DNA of 64,000 nt, from assembly GCA_951406725.2 (NCBI GenBank), contig OX597820.1, positions 2,666,001 through 2,730,000 on the forward strand, given 5' to 3'. The notes beneath the pieces are model-generated. The model ran no database searches. It was not told the origin of the DNA and saw nothing but the letters and a program-made list of their open reading frames with translations. Positions 1 to 11,494 of this stretch are shown here, piece by piece (positions within the stretch are counted from its first letter, which is position 1; every line of letters begins with the position of its first letter). The position numbers and the translations under genes are program-made. Source of the stretch: Octopus vulgaris (taxonomy: Eukaryota).

Positions 1-289
1 TGCTGTCTGTGGTTCATTGTAGGAAGCATGTCAGACAGGCTACACAAGCAATGATCAGGGCTCAGCTCTAAACGAGAACACCTGTGCTCAACGGTATTCA
101 AGCCCTAATTAACTTGTTCTCCTCTCAGACATTATACATCAAATCTACTTTGTCCAATATGTATGTCTCTCTCTCTCTCTTTACAAGATAGGAGAGTGTA
201 ATTTGAAGGATATTTGGTTGCTATTTCCAGAAGCTTGTGTGTGTGCACAGAGCTTCTTTCTCTGGCTTGTCTAGTCTATAATAGAATTT

Positions 290-688
290 ATCTTGCGAAG
301 ACCCATCAAGCCAAGTGAAATTGTAGTTGTGGCCGATGCCAATGTCACATACCTGGCACGTAAAAAGCACCCTTTGAACTTTGGGCCTCACAAAAGCAGT
401 GAGAAGTGACCAAGACCTTTGGCAATATACCATGCTCGCGAAGACCTGTCAAGAACCAAGTGAGATCATAGTCGTGGCCGAAGCCAACGCTTTGTAACTG
501 GCACGTAAAAAGCACCCACTACACTCTTGGAGTGGTTGGCATCAGGAAGGGCATCCAGCTGTAGAAGACCATGCCAAATCAGATTGGAACCTGATGCAGC
601 TCTCCAGCTTACCAGTTTTCAGTCAAACCGTCCAACTCATGCCAGCATGGAAAGTGGACGTTAAACGATGATGATGATGATGATGATT
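290..688 (+). mobile_element. RTE-LINE 3' end / RTE-tail SINE (family A)
   Basis: GAAGACC...AAGTGAAATTGTAGT repeat units, then GTGGTTGGCATCAGGAAGGGCATCCAGCTGTAGAA...CATGCCAGCATGGAAAGTGGACGTTAAACGATGATGAT tail. Same 3' end as the RT-bearing copy at 7479-9455. About 30 copies of this end occur in both orientations, e.g. 1612-1870, 4930-5092, 7027-7225(-), 11551-11838(-), 16125-16503, 21078-21497, 23250-23709, 41185-41687, 47425-47800. Confidence 0.85.
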
Positions 689-1007
689 TGTGCTTTGTAA
701 AGACTGAGCAGCTGTTCAGGGCGTAAGGACATAATGAGTTTTTATTCTAAAAGGGAACTACTTAACATTTTTAAGCAAGTTTTAACCTGAAACTCATTAG
801 AACAATGACAAACACATGGACATAGAAGTATATACACAGCAGATACACATGTTCGTACGGACACCCTCCCCACCACCCCCACCACATCCTGGATTTGTCT
901 CGTGTGACATAAACATCCCCACTACTGCCTAAGCTCTACCAATTCAAAGACATGGCAACACACACACACACCATTTACACGATGTGAAAGGAATACAGAA
1001 AACCTAC

Positions 1008-1152
1008 CAGTGTCGCGATCTTCACTTTTATCAATTTCATCCTTTCGACTCAACAGTTCCTTTTTCAAGTTATCCAACATCACTGCTCTTTCTTCTTGTT
1101 TCATGAAGGCCACCAAATCATATGGTCTTCGCATATTAAATACTGTATCAAC
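1008..1152 (-). CDS. TTC17: Tetratricopeptide repeat protein 17, second coding exon (VDTVFNMRRPYDLVAFMKQEERAVMLDNLKKELLSRKDEIDKSEDRDT-G)
   Basis: Minus-strand acceptor ...TTTTTTTCTTAG|GTT at 1153 and donor G|GTAGGT at 1007. The peptide aligns by eye with human TTC17 VDSPMNLKHPHDLVILMRQEATVNYLKELEKQLVAQKIHIEENEDRDTG and joins in phase 0 to the exon at 37784-37897. The gene continues left of the window. Confidence 0.92.
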
Positions 1153-1923
1153 CTAAGAAAAAAATTTTTAAAAAAACACAAAAGAATTAAAAAATAGAAT
1201 TTCTTCTTTTCTCTTCCTTCAAAATATATTCCCTACAAATGTATGCTTCCAGCCTGCTGCTACTGCTGCTGCTGCTACTACTGCTGGCTGGAACGAAATG
1301 GAAATAGAAATCCCGATTTGTTTAATTCCGGGATTCTCTGGTGGCCTCTTTCTTGCATTTTGGCATCCTTTACATACACACTATATCGCTAAAATGTGTC
1401 GCTGTTTTTTTGTCCCCTATTTCATTCAAAGAATAACAAAGAAATTTCAAGGGAAGACAAAGCACAACTATCTATCCTTGCCCACTACTGCTCAGCTATT
1501 GTTTACCTATCTGCCATGGTGAACCCATTAACCATATTATATCCCTATTCATATGGGGCTAAAAAAATAAGCAACCTTTTCTCTCTGAATTTTCTTTTGG
1601 TGATACACCCGGCTCGAGAAGACCTGCCGAAGCCAAGTGGGATTGTAGTCGTGGCTGATGCTGGTGTCACGTAACTGGCAACCATGCCAGTGGCACGTAA
1701 AAGGCACCCACTATGCTCTTGGAGTGGTTGGCATTAGGAAGGGCAACCAGCTGTAGAAACTATGCTGAATCAGATTGGAACCTGGTGCAGCTCCTCAGTT
1801 TACCAGTTTTTCAGTCAAAACGTCCAACCCATGCCAGCATGGAAAACAGACGTTAAATAACAATGATGACCAATGCCTTAAAAGTGAAGTTGGTAGATAG
1901 AAACTGTGTTGTAGCCCCTTATA

Positions 1924-2085
1924 TAGTTCTATATTTAAGAGATGAGGAATTATGTACACTATTTACATTTGGCGGATATTTGCCCTCATCTTCTTTGTTA
2001 TCACAATGTTTTGGCTGATATATCCTCCAGCCTTCATCAGGTGTTTGGGGAAATTTCGAATAATAATAATAATAATAATAATAAA
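1924..2085 (-). mobile_element. 5'-truncated single arm of the tRNA-head/hammerhead element (tail, hammerhead and AAT linker only)
   Basis: Reverse complement reads AAACAC CTGATGA A GGCTG GAGGATATAT CAGCC AAAA CATT GTG...CATAATTCCTCATCTCTTAAATATAGAACT, homologous to 18961-19138. Confidence 0.8.
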
Positions 2086-2809
2086 ATTATTAACAGCAGC
2101 AGCTGATCCCTGATGGCATCCCCTCTGACTTTTGCATCATTCAGCCATAACCAGTCCTAATATTGTGTTTTATGCTAAAACTGACTGGATCCAGCCTCTC
2201 ACACCTACCCTACAATGTCATTCTCCAAATATTCAATCACATCCTTGAAATCTTGAAGCTACAAAACAATGCCCGATTAATTCAAAACAATGTGAAGAAA
2301 TAAGCATTCTATTTCACAAAGAAATGTGAAAGCTAAAGGGTTAATGTATGTTTTTAGCAATTAAATCTACATTGTATTTACTTTTTAATGGTGGGCATGG
2401 CAAGATGGATGCTGAGCTTGCTTTGCAACCACAAGAATAAACATGTTTATTCACTAAAAGAATAAACATGTTTACATATTTCAAACAGTTTTTGTGGTGT
2501 ACACATACAAAGCTGACATGAAAACCAAATAAAAAGTTAAGATGTTTTTTGGCAATGAAGCCACATCTATGTTACTTCCAAGGTGTAAGGGATGTTGAAC
2601 CATAACCCCCCTCTCAGGGGGTTGTGGTTCAGCCTTCATACTAAAGAACAACGTAGATTAAGTGAAGCGATATTAAGACCCCCAGCTGGGAACATTGGTG
2701 GCTCCATCTGGCTTGAGTACAAGTGTTGAATGTTAAGGCTAAAAACTTGTTTGCTGGTTCATAGTACAGCAGTAAGTATTCTGAAGTCAGTCAATAAACA
2801 AAATGTAGG

Positions 2810-3135
2810 TTCAATTCTTCAATGGATGTGTAATGTCAGAGTGCAACAAAGTACAAATGTGCTGAGAGAAAAATTGGGCATAAAGGGCATCAGATGTGGT
2901 GTGCGGGGGAGAAGACTGCACCGGTGTGGTCATGTGATGCGAATGGATAAGGACAGTTGTATACAGAAGGTCTAATCGCTAAGCATGGAAGGGACCTGGA
3001 GAAGAAGACCCAGGAAGGTGTAGAATGAAATGGTGAAGACTGACCTCAAGGTGTCGAGCCTCTCAGAAGAGTTGATGGAAGACCAAGCTGAATGGTAATA
3101 TACCATGTTTGAGAAGACCCGTCCGTCTAAGCAGA
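2810..3135 (+). pseudogene. Degenerate RTE-LINE ORF C-terminal fragment
   Basis: SILQWMCNVRVQQSTNVLREKLGIKGIRCGVRGRRLHRCGHVMRMDKDSC matches the C-terminal part of the RTE at 8372-8788; in-frame stops follow. Confidence 0.8.
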
Positions 3136-3608
3136 AATGAGGTTCTGCCAAGCCTTCTCACATCCACTCTTCTGCATCACACTATTTCCTTCTTTCACTT
3201 CCCGCTCCACTGAACTGTTGCTATCCACTGCATCCAACTCATTCCCAACCTCTAGTCATCTCTCACACTATTTTCCCTCAGTACACTTTTCTACACATCC
3301 ACCTTCTCAGTTCTTCTATCCCCTCTTGTCTCATATCCACCTTATACCTGGATTTCACCCCCCTCTCTCGCTCTCTCTCACTTTCCAGGTGGGTAAATAT
3401 GTATTCACCTCTTCAGCAAGACACCTAATCTTCTATCATAGCTGGAGGGTCTTATTTTGCAAGTACTTGCTGAACTCATAGGTGCCAATTCCAGGTGAAA
3501 GGCATCCAGAAAACTCTGTTAAGTGGTTGGCATTAGAAACCACACCCAAGCGAAAACAGAACCTGGCAGTGCCTTCTTGCTTGTCTGTTCTCGTTGAACC
3601 ATCTAACT

Positions 3609-4141
3609 CAGTGCTTCTTAAATTATGGGTTGTGACCCCAAACGGGGTTGCAAAGTGAAATGCTGGGGCCGTGAAAATTGAATTCAAACATTTGAATTTC
3701 AGTTTATATGTTATTCCACAAATTTCTGAAATAGCATCGTACGTTCTTTTGTCGTTTAGCACCACATGCCTATGTGAAACGACCTGTTCAGCTTTAACCC
3801 TTATTAAGACCAAATATCGTTCAACGCTGAAAAACATTGAAGACGCTTTACATCCAACAGTGTCAAATATTACTCCAAGGATTTGTTATGCAGCAAAAAA
3901 CCAGGAACATCCGTCACACTGGGTTTTACTTTGGTTTATTTTTGGACTTGAAACAAATCCTAAAACTACTCTTATTTTGACAAATAATATAACTCTTTTT
4001 TTTTTATGTATCTTGTGCAGCAAAGAACTAAATGATTTATGTATTTATTAGTATGTTTTATTTCATATTTAATATCTGGGATCACGAAACATCGCGTGAT
4101 GAAAATTTGGGTAATGAATGAAAAAAGTGTAAGAAGTGCTG
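3609..4141 (+). mobile_element. Internally deleted hAT (Buster/Charlie-type) DNA transposon
   Basis: TIRs CAGTGCTTCTTAAA / reverse complement CAGCACTTCTTACA. 8-bp TSD ATCTAACT (3601-3608) / ATCTAACC (4142-4149) with central TA. Encodes a hAT C-terminal dimerisation-like peptide LLSFSTTCLCETTCSALTLIKTKYRSTL...HPSH. Inserted into a family A tail. Confidence 0.88.
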
Positions 4142-4573
4142 ATCTAACCCATGCCGGCATGGAAAGGGGGACATTAAATGATAATGATGATGATCAAATT
4201 ACAATTATATTAGCATTAAGTAAAACAGTTTGAGGAACCAAGGAGCCAGTATAAACTCAATGGGTTGGTGTAGAACCAATATATGTTGCACAGCACAAAA
4301 AAAGAAAAAAACAATTTGGCTTCAAAACAAGAGAGAGAGAATATGAAAGAAGTCAATAACAGATATGAACACGGATGTGGTTGAGAAGGAAGTCTTGAGG
4401 CAGATATTCTCAAATGCATGATAAGAGATTGTTGATATCCAGAGGAAAGCATGTGTGTGTGTGTGTGCATCTGTGTATATCAAAAGCACAAAAAAATTCA
4501 AATTCTGCTTCTATTTATTCCTAAAACAGATTAAACTACAAACTGCCATAATAAATTGTGCATACACACATGT

Positions 4574-4628
<55 letters not shown>

Positions 4629-5912
4629 GGGGGGAGGGTGCAATGGCCCAGTGGTTAGGGTAGCGGACGCACGGTTGTAGGATCATGGTTTGAGCGAAAA
4701 CACCTAAAGCTCTATGAGGCTCCAGCAGGGGGTAGTAGCGAACCCTGTTGTATTCTTTCACCACCACTTTCTCTCACTCTTTCTTCCTGTTTCTGTTGTA
4801 CCTGTATTTCAAAGGGGTCAGCCTTGTCACAGTCAGTGTCACGCTGAATCTCTCTGAGAACTACGTTAAGGGTACACGTGTCTGTGGAGTGCTCAGCCAC
4901 TTGCATGTTAATTTCACGAGCAGGCCGTTCCTTGGAGTGGTTGGTGTTAGGAAGGGCATCCAGCTGTAGAAACCTTGCCAGATAATACTGGAGCACAGTG
5001 CAGCCTCCTGGCTTGCTAGTCTTCAATCAAACTGTCCAACCCATGCCAGCATGGAAAGCAGACGTTAAAAGATGACGATGACGATGATGGTGCTATATAC
5101 ATATACATAAAAACCTCTGTCAGTTATGACGACGAGGGTCCCAGCTGATACGATCAACAGAACAGATTGCTCATGAAATTAAAGTGCAAGTGGCTGAGCA
5201 CTCCACAGACGTACTCTTTTACTCTTTTACTTGTTTCAGTCATTTGACTGCGGCCATGCTGCAGCACCGCCTTTAATCGAGCAACTCGACCCCGGGACTT
5301 ATGCTTTTGTAAGCCCAGTACTTATTCTATCGGTCTCTTTTGCCGAACTGCTAAGTAACGGGGACATAAACACACATTTTCCATCGGTTGGTCAGTTTGA
5401 CTGAGGTCTGGAGAGCCAGTGGCTGCATCAAGCTCCAATCTGATTTTTACAATGCTTCTACAGCTGGATGCCCTTCCTAATGCCAACCACTCTGAGGGTG
5501 TAGTGGGTGCTTTTTACGTGCCACTGGCACAGAAGCCAGTCAGGTGGGCCTGGCATCGATCACATTTGGATTGTGTTTTTTATGTACCACCGGCACAGGG
5601 GCCAGTCAGCAGGTACTGGCATCAGCCACATTTGGATGGTGCTATATATAATAAATTAATTTTACTCTGCTATGTATTGAGTACCTTATTTACTGTGGTT
5701 AACCCCGAATCAACCTGGGACCTACATATATATATATATATATATATATAGTGAAGTCCATGAAGGTGTCAGTAGATCCAGTGGTAATCCGGGTGGAGTG
5801 CTGGTATGTGGATGAGGAGAAGTGCTGAAAATTCAGGAAGTGGTTCAGAAATGCAAGTCCAAAGGGCAGGAAATTCAGTTAAGGTCAAACTTGAGTAACC
5901 ACGTGAGCGTAT

Positions 5913-6096
5913 ATAACATAGAGTTGAAAATTATAGAAAAACAAAAGACAAAGAGAGGTGTATGAACAAACAACAAACAAGTGTATTAGTTTGACTCTCA
6001 GGAAACGAATATATGTCAAACTAAACTGTTTGCTTGTTCTTTGTTCATACACCTGTCTTTGTCTTTTGTTTTTCTATAAATTTCAACTATATATAT
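5913..6096. repeat. Inverted repeat (~75 bp arms, ~19 nt spacer) from a second Penelope-like terminal repeat family
   Basis: AGTTGAAAATTATAGAAAAACAAAAGACAAAGAGAGGTGTATGAACAAA...TAGTTTGAC pairs with GTCAAACTA...TTTGTTCATACACCTGTCTTTGTCTTTTGTTTTTCTATAAATTTCAACT. Related sequence at 39813-39935 and 29125-29200. Confidence 0.7.
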
Positions 6097-6479
6097 ACTC
6101 TTTTACTTGTTTCAGTCATTTGACTGCGGCCATGCTGGAGCACCGCCTTTAGTCGAGCAAATCGACCTCGGGACTTATTCTTTTGTAAGCCCAGTACTTA
6201 TTCTATCGGTCTCTTTTGCCGAACCGCTAGGTGACAGGGACGTAAACACACCAGCATCGGTTGTCAAGGGATGCTAGGGGGACAAACACAGACACACAAA
6301 CACACACACACATATATACGACAGGCTTCTTTCAGTTTCCGCCTGCCAAATCCACTCACAAGGCATTGGTCGGCCCGGGGCTATAGCAGAAGACACTTGC
6401 TCAAGATGCCATGCAGTGGGACTGAACCCGGAACCATGTGGTTGGTTAGCAAGCTACTTACCACACAGCCACTCCTGCG

Positions 6480-6481
<2 letters not shown>
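6097..6481 (-). mobile_element. tRNA-derived CORE-type SINE (family C), full length
   Basis: Minus strand GCAGGAGTGGCTGTGTGG (A box)...GGGTTCAGTCCC (B box)...CATCTTGAGCAAGTGTCTT (CORE-like)...CA microsatellite...GACTGAAACAAGTAAAAGAGT tail. Other copies at 5212-5376, 6763-6977, 12762-12980, 31117-31507, 42975-43367, 43500-43870, 50363-50510, 51980-52372, 58088-58440. Confidence 0.85.
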
Positions 6482-6547
<66 letters not shown>

Positions 6548-7422
6548 AAATATACATCTAAGAATACTAGATGTTCATTTCTACAGTAATCCCTATTTTC
6601 TATCCCAGTTCACCTTTCACACACTCAGTACATTGCAATCTTTTCTGGCCAATATATGTAAATTAATATCACGGAGTCCTCAGAATATCGCAGGTTTCTG
6701 TCGGCGATACGTATTTATATTCTTTTTAGATTTTAATTATTTCTGTGGGAGCTTTTGGAACGTTTGTGTTTGTGTGTCTGTGTTTGTCCTCCTAGCATCC
6801 CTTGACAACCGATGCTGGTGTGTTTACGTCCCTGTCACCTAGCGGTTCGGCAAAAGAGACCGATAGAATAAGTACTGGGTTTACAAAAGAATAAGTCCCG
6901 GGGTCGAGTTGCTCGACTAAAGGCGGTGCTCCAGCATGGCCGCAGTCAAATGACTGAAACAAGTAAAAGAGTAAGAGTATCACCCATGATAGTCGAGGGA
7001 TTGCTGTATATACTGTATGCATATATTATCATCATCATCATCATCGTCATCTTTTAACGTCTGCTTTCCATGCTGGCATGGGTTGGACAGTTTGACTGGG
7101 GATCTAGCAAGCCAGGAGGCTGCACTGCGCTCCAGTCTTATCTGGCAATGTTTCTACAGCTGGATGCCCTTCCTAACGCCAACCACTCCATGAGTATAGT
7201 GGGTGCTTTTTACGTGCCACCCGCACATATATATATATGTATATATATATATACACACACACACATAAACTCAGTCATGAACTTTCAGAACTTACAATTT
7301 CATATTAACAGAGAGAAAGACAGAATGCATAGGGGATGATTGTAAGAGGAAGAGTCACCAACTGAGGTTTGTCATATAAACAATAAACACACACACACAC
7401 ACACACATAAAAATACTACATA

Positions 7423-7478
<56 letters not shown>

Positions 7479-7482
<4 letters not shown>

Positions 7483-9455
7483 CTAGGAGAAATACCTAGG
7501 CTACCTTTCTCTTTGGCTAGGAGAAATACCTAGCCAAAGATAAGCCCCTGTACCTGGCTTTCGTTGACATGGAGAAAGCCTTTGATAGGGTCCCCCGATC
7601 CCTCATCTGGTGGTCAATGAGGAAACTAGGGATAGATGAATGGCTGGTGAGGGCTGTGCAAGCCATGTACAGAGATGCCGTAAGTAAGGTTAGGGTTGGC
7701 AACATGTACACAGAAGAATTCAAAGTAGAGGTTGGGGTCCACCAGGTTTCAGTACTCAGCCCCCTCCTATTTATCATAGTCCTCCAGGCAATTGTGGAGG
7801 AATTCAAGACAGGTTGCCCTTGGGAGCTCCTCTATGCTGACGACCTCGCTCTAATTGCTGAGTCACTATCAGAACTGGAGGAGAAGTTCCAGATGTGGAA
7901 GGAGGGTTTAGAATCGAGGGGCCTTAGAGTCAACCTAGCTAAAACCAAAGTACTAATAAGTAGGAAGGTAGACAATCCACAAATATCCTCAGGAAGATGG
8001 CCCTGCTCGATCTGTAGAAAAGGTGTAGGTAGAAACTCTATAAGATGTACCCAGTGTAAGCTATGGACACATAAGAGGTGCAGCAATGTCAAAGGTAGGC
8101 TAACTGGGAAGATAGTTTTTGTATGTGGCAGATGCTCGGGAGCATTGACCTCCGAAAATCTGCAGAAAACAACTTCCGTCACTTTCCAGGGGGAAAAACT
8201 AGAAGTAGTTGATAGCTTCCGTTATCTAGGTGACCAAGTCAGTAGTGGGGGTGGGTGCGCTGAAAGTGTAACTGCTAGAATAAGAATAGCCTGGGCAAAG
8301 TTTAGGGAGCTCTTACCTCTGCTGGTGACTAAAGGCCTCTCGCTCAGAGTAAAAGGCAGACTGTATGATGTATGTGTACACGAACAGCCATGCTACATGG
8401 CAGTGAAACATGGGCCGTGACTGCTGAGGACATGCGTAAGCTCGTGAGGAATGAAGCCAGTATGCTCCGATGGATGTGTAATGTCAGTGTACTTACTCGA
8501 CAGAGCGTTAGTACCTTGAGAGAAATGTTGTACCTAAGAAGCATCAGTTGTGGTGTGCAAGAGAGACGATTGCGCTGGTATGGTCATGTGGCGAGAATGG
8601 ATGAAGATAGGTGTGTGAGAAAGTGCCAATCCCTAGCAGTTGAGGGAACCCATGGAAGAGGTAGACCCAGGAAAACCTGGGACGAGGTGGTGAAGCACGA
8701 CCTTCGAACGTTAGGTCTCACCATGGAAATGACTAGAGACCGAGACCTATGGAAGTATGCTGTGCGTGAGAAGACCCGGCAAGACTAGTGAAGCCATAAC
8801 CCGTGGCCCCTACCTGGGACGTAGTCAGTCCACCTGTGCATACCTTCCTTCTTGTGACACTTGTGAAGACCTGTTGAGGCAAGTGAAAATCAAAATCAAA
8901 ATCAAAATCAAATCAAATCAAATCAAACCAAATCAAAATAGATGAACATCAATGGAATTTGTATCCTTGTGGTACCAGTGCCGGTGGCACATAAGAAAAC
9001 CATCCGAACGTGACCGTAGCCAGTACCGCATCGACTGGCCTCCGTGCTGAGGGCACGTAACAAACACCATCCGAGCGTGGCCGTTCGCCAGCCTCGTCTG
9101 GCACCTGTGTCGTGTGACACATCCGAGCGTGGCCGTCTGCCAGAACATAAAAACACCATCCGAGCGTGGCCGTCTGCCAGCCTCGTCTGGCACCTGTGTC
9201 GGTGGCACATAAAATCACCATTCGAGCGTGGCCGTCTGCCAGCCTCGTCTGGCACCTGTGTCGGTGGCACATAAAATCACCCACTACACTCTCGGAGTGG
9301 TTGGCGTTAGGAAGGGCATCCAGCTGTAGAAACACTGCCAGATCTGACTGGCCTGGTGCAGCCTTCGAGCTTGCCAGACCCCAGTTGAACCGTCCAACCC
9401 ATGCTAGCATGGAAAGCAGACGTTAAACAATGATGATGATGATGATGATGATGAT
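7479..9455 (+). mobile_element. 5'-truncated RTE-clade non-LTR retrotransposon (RT C-terminal half with PHD-like insert, tandem 3' UTR, (GAT)n tail)
   Basis: ORF 7569-8420 has RT motifs FVDMEKAFDRV, GVHQVSVLSPLLF, YADD (7833-7844) and FRYLG. A frameshift near 8378 continues into ORF 8372-8788 (RRLRWYGHVARM, GRGRPRKTW). Flanked on both sides by (TA)n. Confidence 0.95.
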
Positions 9456-9486
<31 letters not shown>

Positions 9487-9571
9487 ATATAATAAATAAA
9501 GAAATAAAATATATGCATATATACATACATATATGTACATACATACATCTACATGTATATATACATACATA

Positions 9572-10710
9572 CAGAACACCTCAATTTATCCAGCAAGTTC
9601 AACAGATCATTGATTACAATGCCAGAAAGTCCATGAGTTCAATTGCAAAAGATCTCCATGTGTCAGAAGGAACAGTCAGAAATGTTGTCCAAGAAGACAT
9701 CAGATATAATTCTTATGTGATGAGGAAAGGTCAATTTATGTAAGAAAAAGCAAAAGAAAATCACCAAATCAGATCTAAAAGGTTCTTAAACAAACTGAAA
9801 AATCCAGCAGAAGAAGATTTGATTTGGTTTTTCTCAAACGAGAAAAACTTCGACCAAGATAAAAGTTAACAGAAGAAATGACAGATGATTATATGCAGAC
9901 CCTTCTGAAGTTCCAAGTGTTATGCATACAAAATATCCTGCAACTGCCATGGTTTTAGGGGTTGTCAGCAATGAAGGACATGTGATGCCCCCTTACTTCT
10001 TTCCACAAGGCCTTTGAGTTAACCCTGTCGCCTACATTGAGGTCCTGGAAATATTTGTTAACCCCTGGATAGACAGTGTATTCAATGGAAGGCCATATAT
10101 GTTTCAGTTAGACTCTGCACTATCACACATGGCTCTAGTAACACAGGAATGAATGGCTGAAAATTTTCATGATCACATAACCCCTAACATTTGGCCTCTG
10201 ATTCCCCAGACCTCAAACCATTTGACTATTAGATGAGGAACGTTGTTGAGAGAGAGAGAGAGAGGTCAATGAACATGCCCATAACTTCAAAGATTCTTTG
10301 AAAACCGTCAAAGTAAATGAACCAGGATTTGAGTATGTAGATGATTTAGATCACATATAGAAGTTGCTGAAGCTGAAGGTGGCTTTATTTTTTTATTTCT
10401 TTATTGCCCACAGGGGGTTAGACATAGAGAGGACGAATAAGGACAGACAAAGGGATTAAGTCGATTACATCAACCCCAGAGCATAACTGGTACTTATTCA
10501 ATCGACTCTGAAAGGATAAAAAGCAAAGTCGACCTCAGCAGAATTTGAACTCAGAACGTGATGGCAGGTGAAAGAAGGTGGCTTTATTGAACAACATTAT
10601 AGAAAAGAAGGTTTATTTTTGTCCTTGATAAATAAAGTTATTATCTGTTGTTATACATCTGTTTTTTTTTTTATAAACATAAATCTGCCCTCAAATATCT
10701 TACAAACCCT
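9572..10710 (+). pseudogene. Degenerate Tc1/mariner-superfamily transposase, maT (DD37D)-like
   Basis: RTPQFIQQVQQII..KSMSSIAKDLHVSEGTVRNVVQEDI (HTH), FFSNEKNF, MVLGVVSNEGHVMPPYFF, YMFQLDSALSH, NIWP...PDL. Several stops and frameshifts. Ends in a TIR-like TCTTACAAACCCTG. Confidence 0.8.
10390..10573 (-). mobile_element. tRNA-derived SINE family B, 5'-truncated, inserted in the maT remnant
   Basis: 15-bp TSD GAAGGTGGCTTTATT at 10375-10389 and 10574-10588. Minus strand carries GAGTTCAAATTC (B box) and GTCGACTTTGCTTTTTATCCTTTC. Other copies at 20826-21060, 24130-24348, 28726-28953, 39984-40190, 44532-44760 (TSD CCAATCATTTCT), 48220-48420, 55121-55352. Confidence 0.88.
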
Positions 10711-10961
10711 GTGTGTATGTATATGTATAAGGGCATCCAGCTGTAGAAACATTGCCAGATAAGACTGGAGCCTGGTGCTGCCTTCTGGCTTCCCAGATCC
10801 CCGGTCGAACCGTCCAACCCATGCTAGCATGGAGAACGGACGTTAAACGATGATGATGATGATGATGATATATAACATGAAATAAGTAAGAGGATGTCAG
10901 GTATTAATGCAATACCTGACCATTTCAAGCAGCTACATTTAATTGATCAATGCAAGCATTA

Positions 10962-11494
10962 CATCAGCGACGTGCAACCAAAAGAATACCCTCCATCAGG
11001 CATTTGCCATATCCTGAACGCCTTACTTCCCTGGGCATGGACACATTGAAACTCCGACGTCTGGCAGCTGACTTGGCAGACACCCATAAAATTATCAACC
11101 ATCGCACAAACAATAACTCTGAGCACCTCTTCAAACTCCACCCATCTAACACCCGTGGACATATTTACAAAGTAAGAAAACAGCACAGCTCCCATGACTT
11201 CAGGAAACATTTTTTCACGCTGAGAGTTGCTGAAGCGTGGAACAAACTGCCGGCATCGGTTGTTAGTTGTCGGAGCACTGCATCCTTCAAAACTTCCATG
11301 CTTCCTGAGATTCGCCAACACTTCACCTGATTTTCTCCCCTCCATACACATACAAGCATGTATCTGACTCATACATTGTTCACTTTCCAGACATTTGTAC
11401 ATTACTGCATGTACTTTATATGCACTTCCTGACAAGTTGTGGTGCACCTGAGCACTGTATACAATAATTTCATTATTATTATTATATTATTATT
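10962..11494 (+). mobile_element. CR1-clade LINE 3' fragment
   Basis: QRRATKRIPSIRHLPYPERL..LGMDTLKLRRL...TRGH...RKHFFTLRVAEAWNKLP is the typical CR1/L2-group ORF2 C-terminus. Stop at 11330, then a short UTR and (ATT)n tail. Confidence 0.88.

Noticed and set aside
8960-9290. CRISPR-like array
   Set aside because: The units are contiguous tandem repeats without unique spacers, lie in a LINE 3' UTR of a eukaryote, and have no cas genes nearby.
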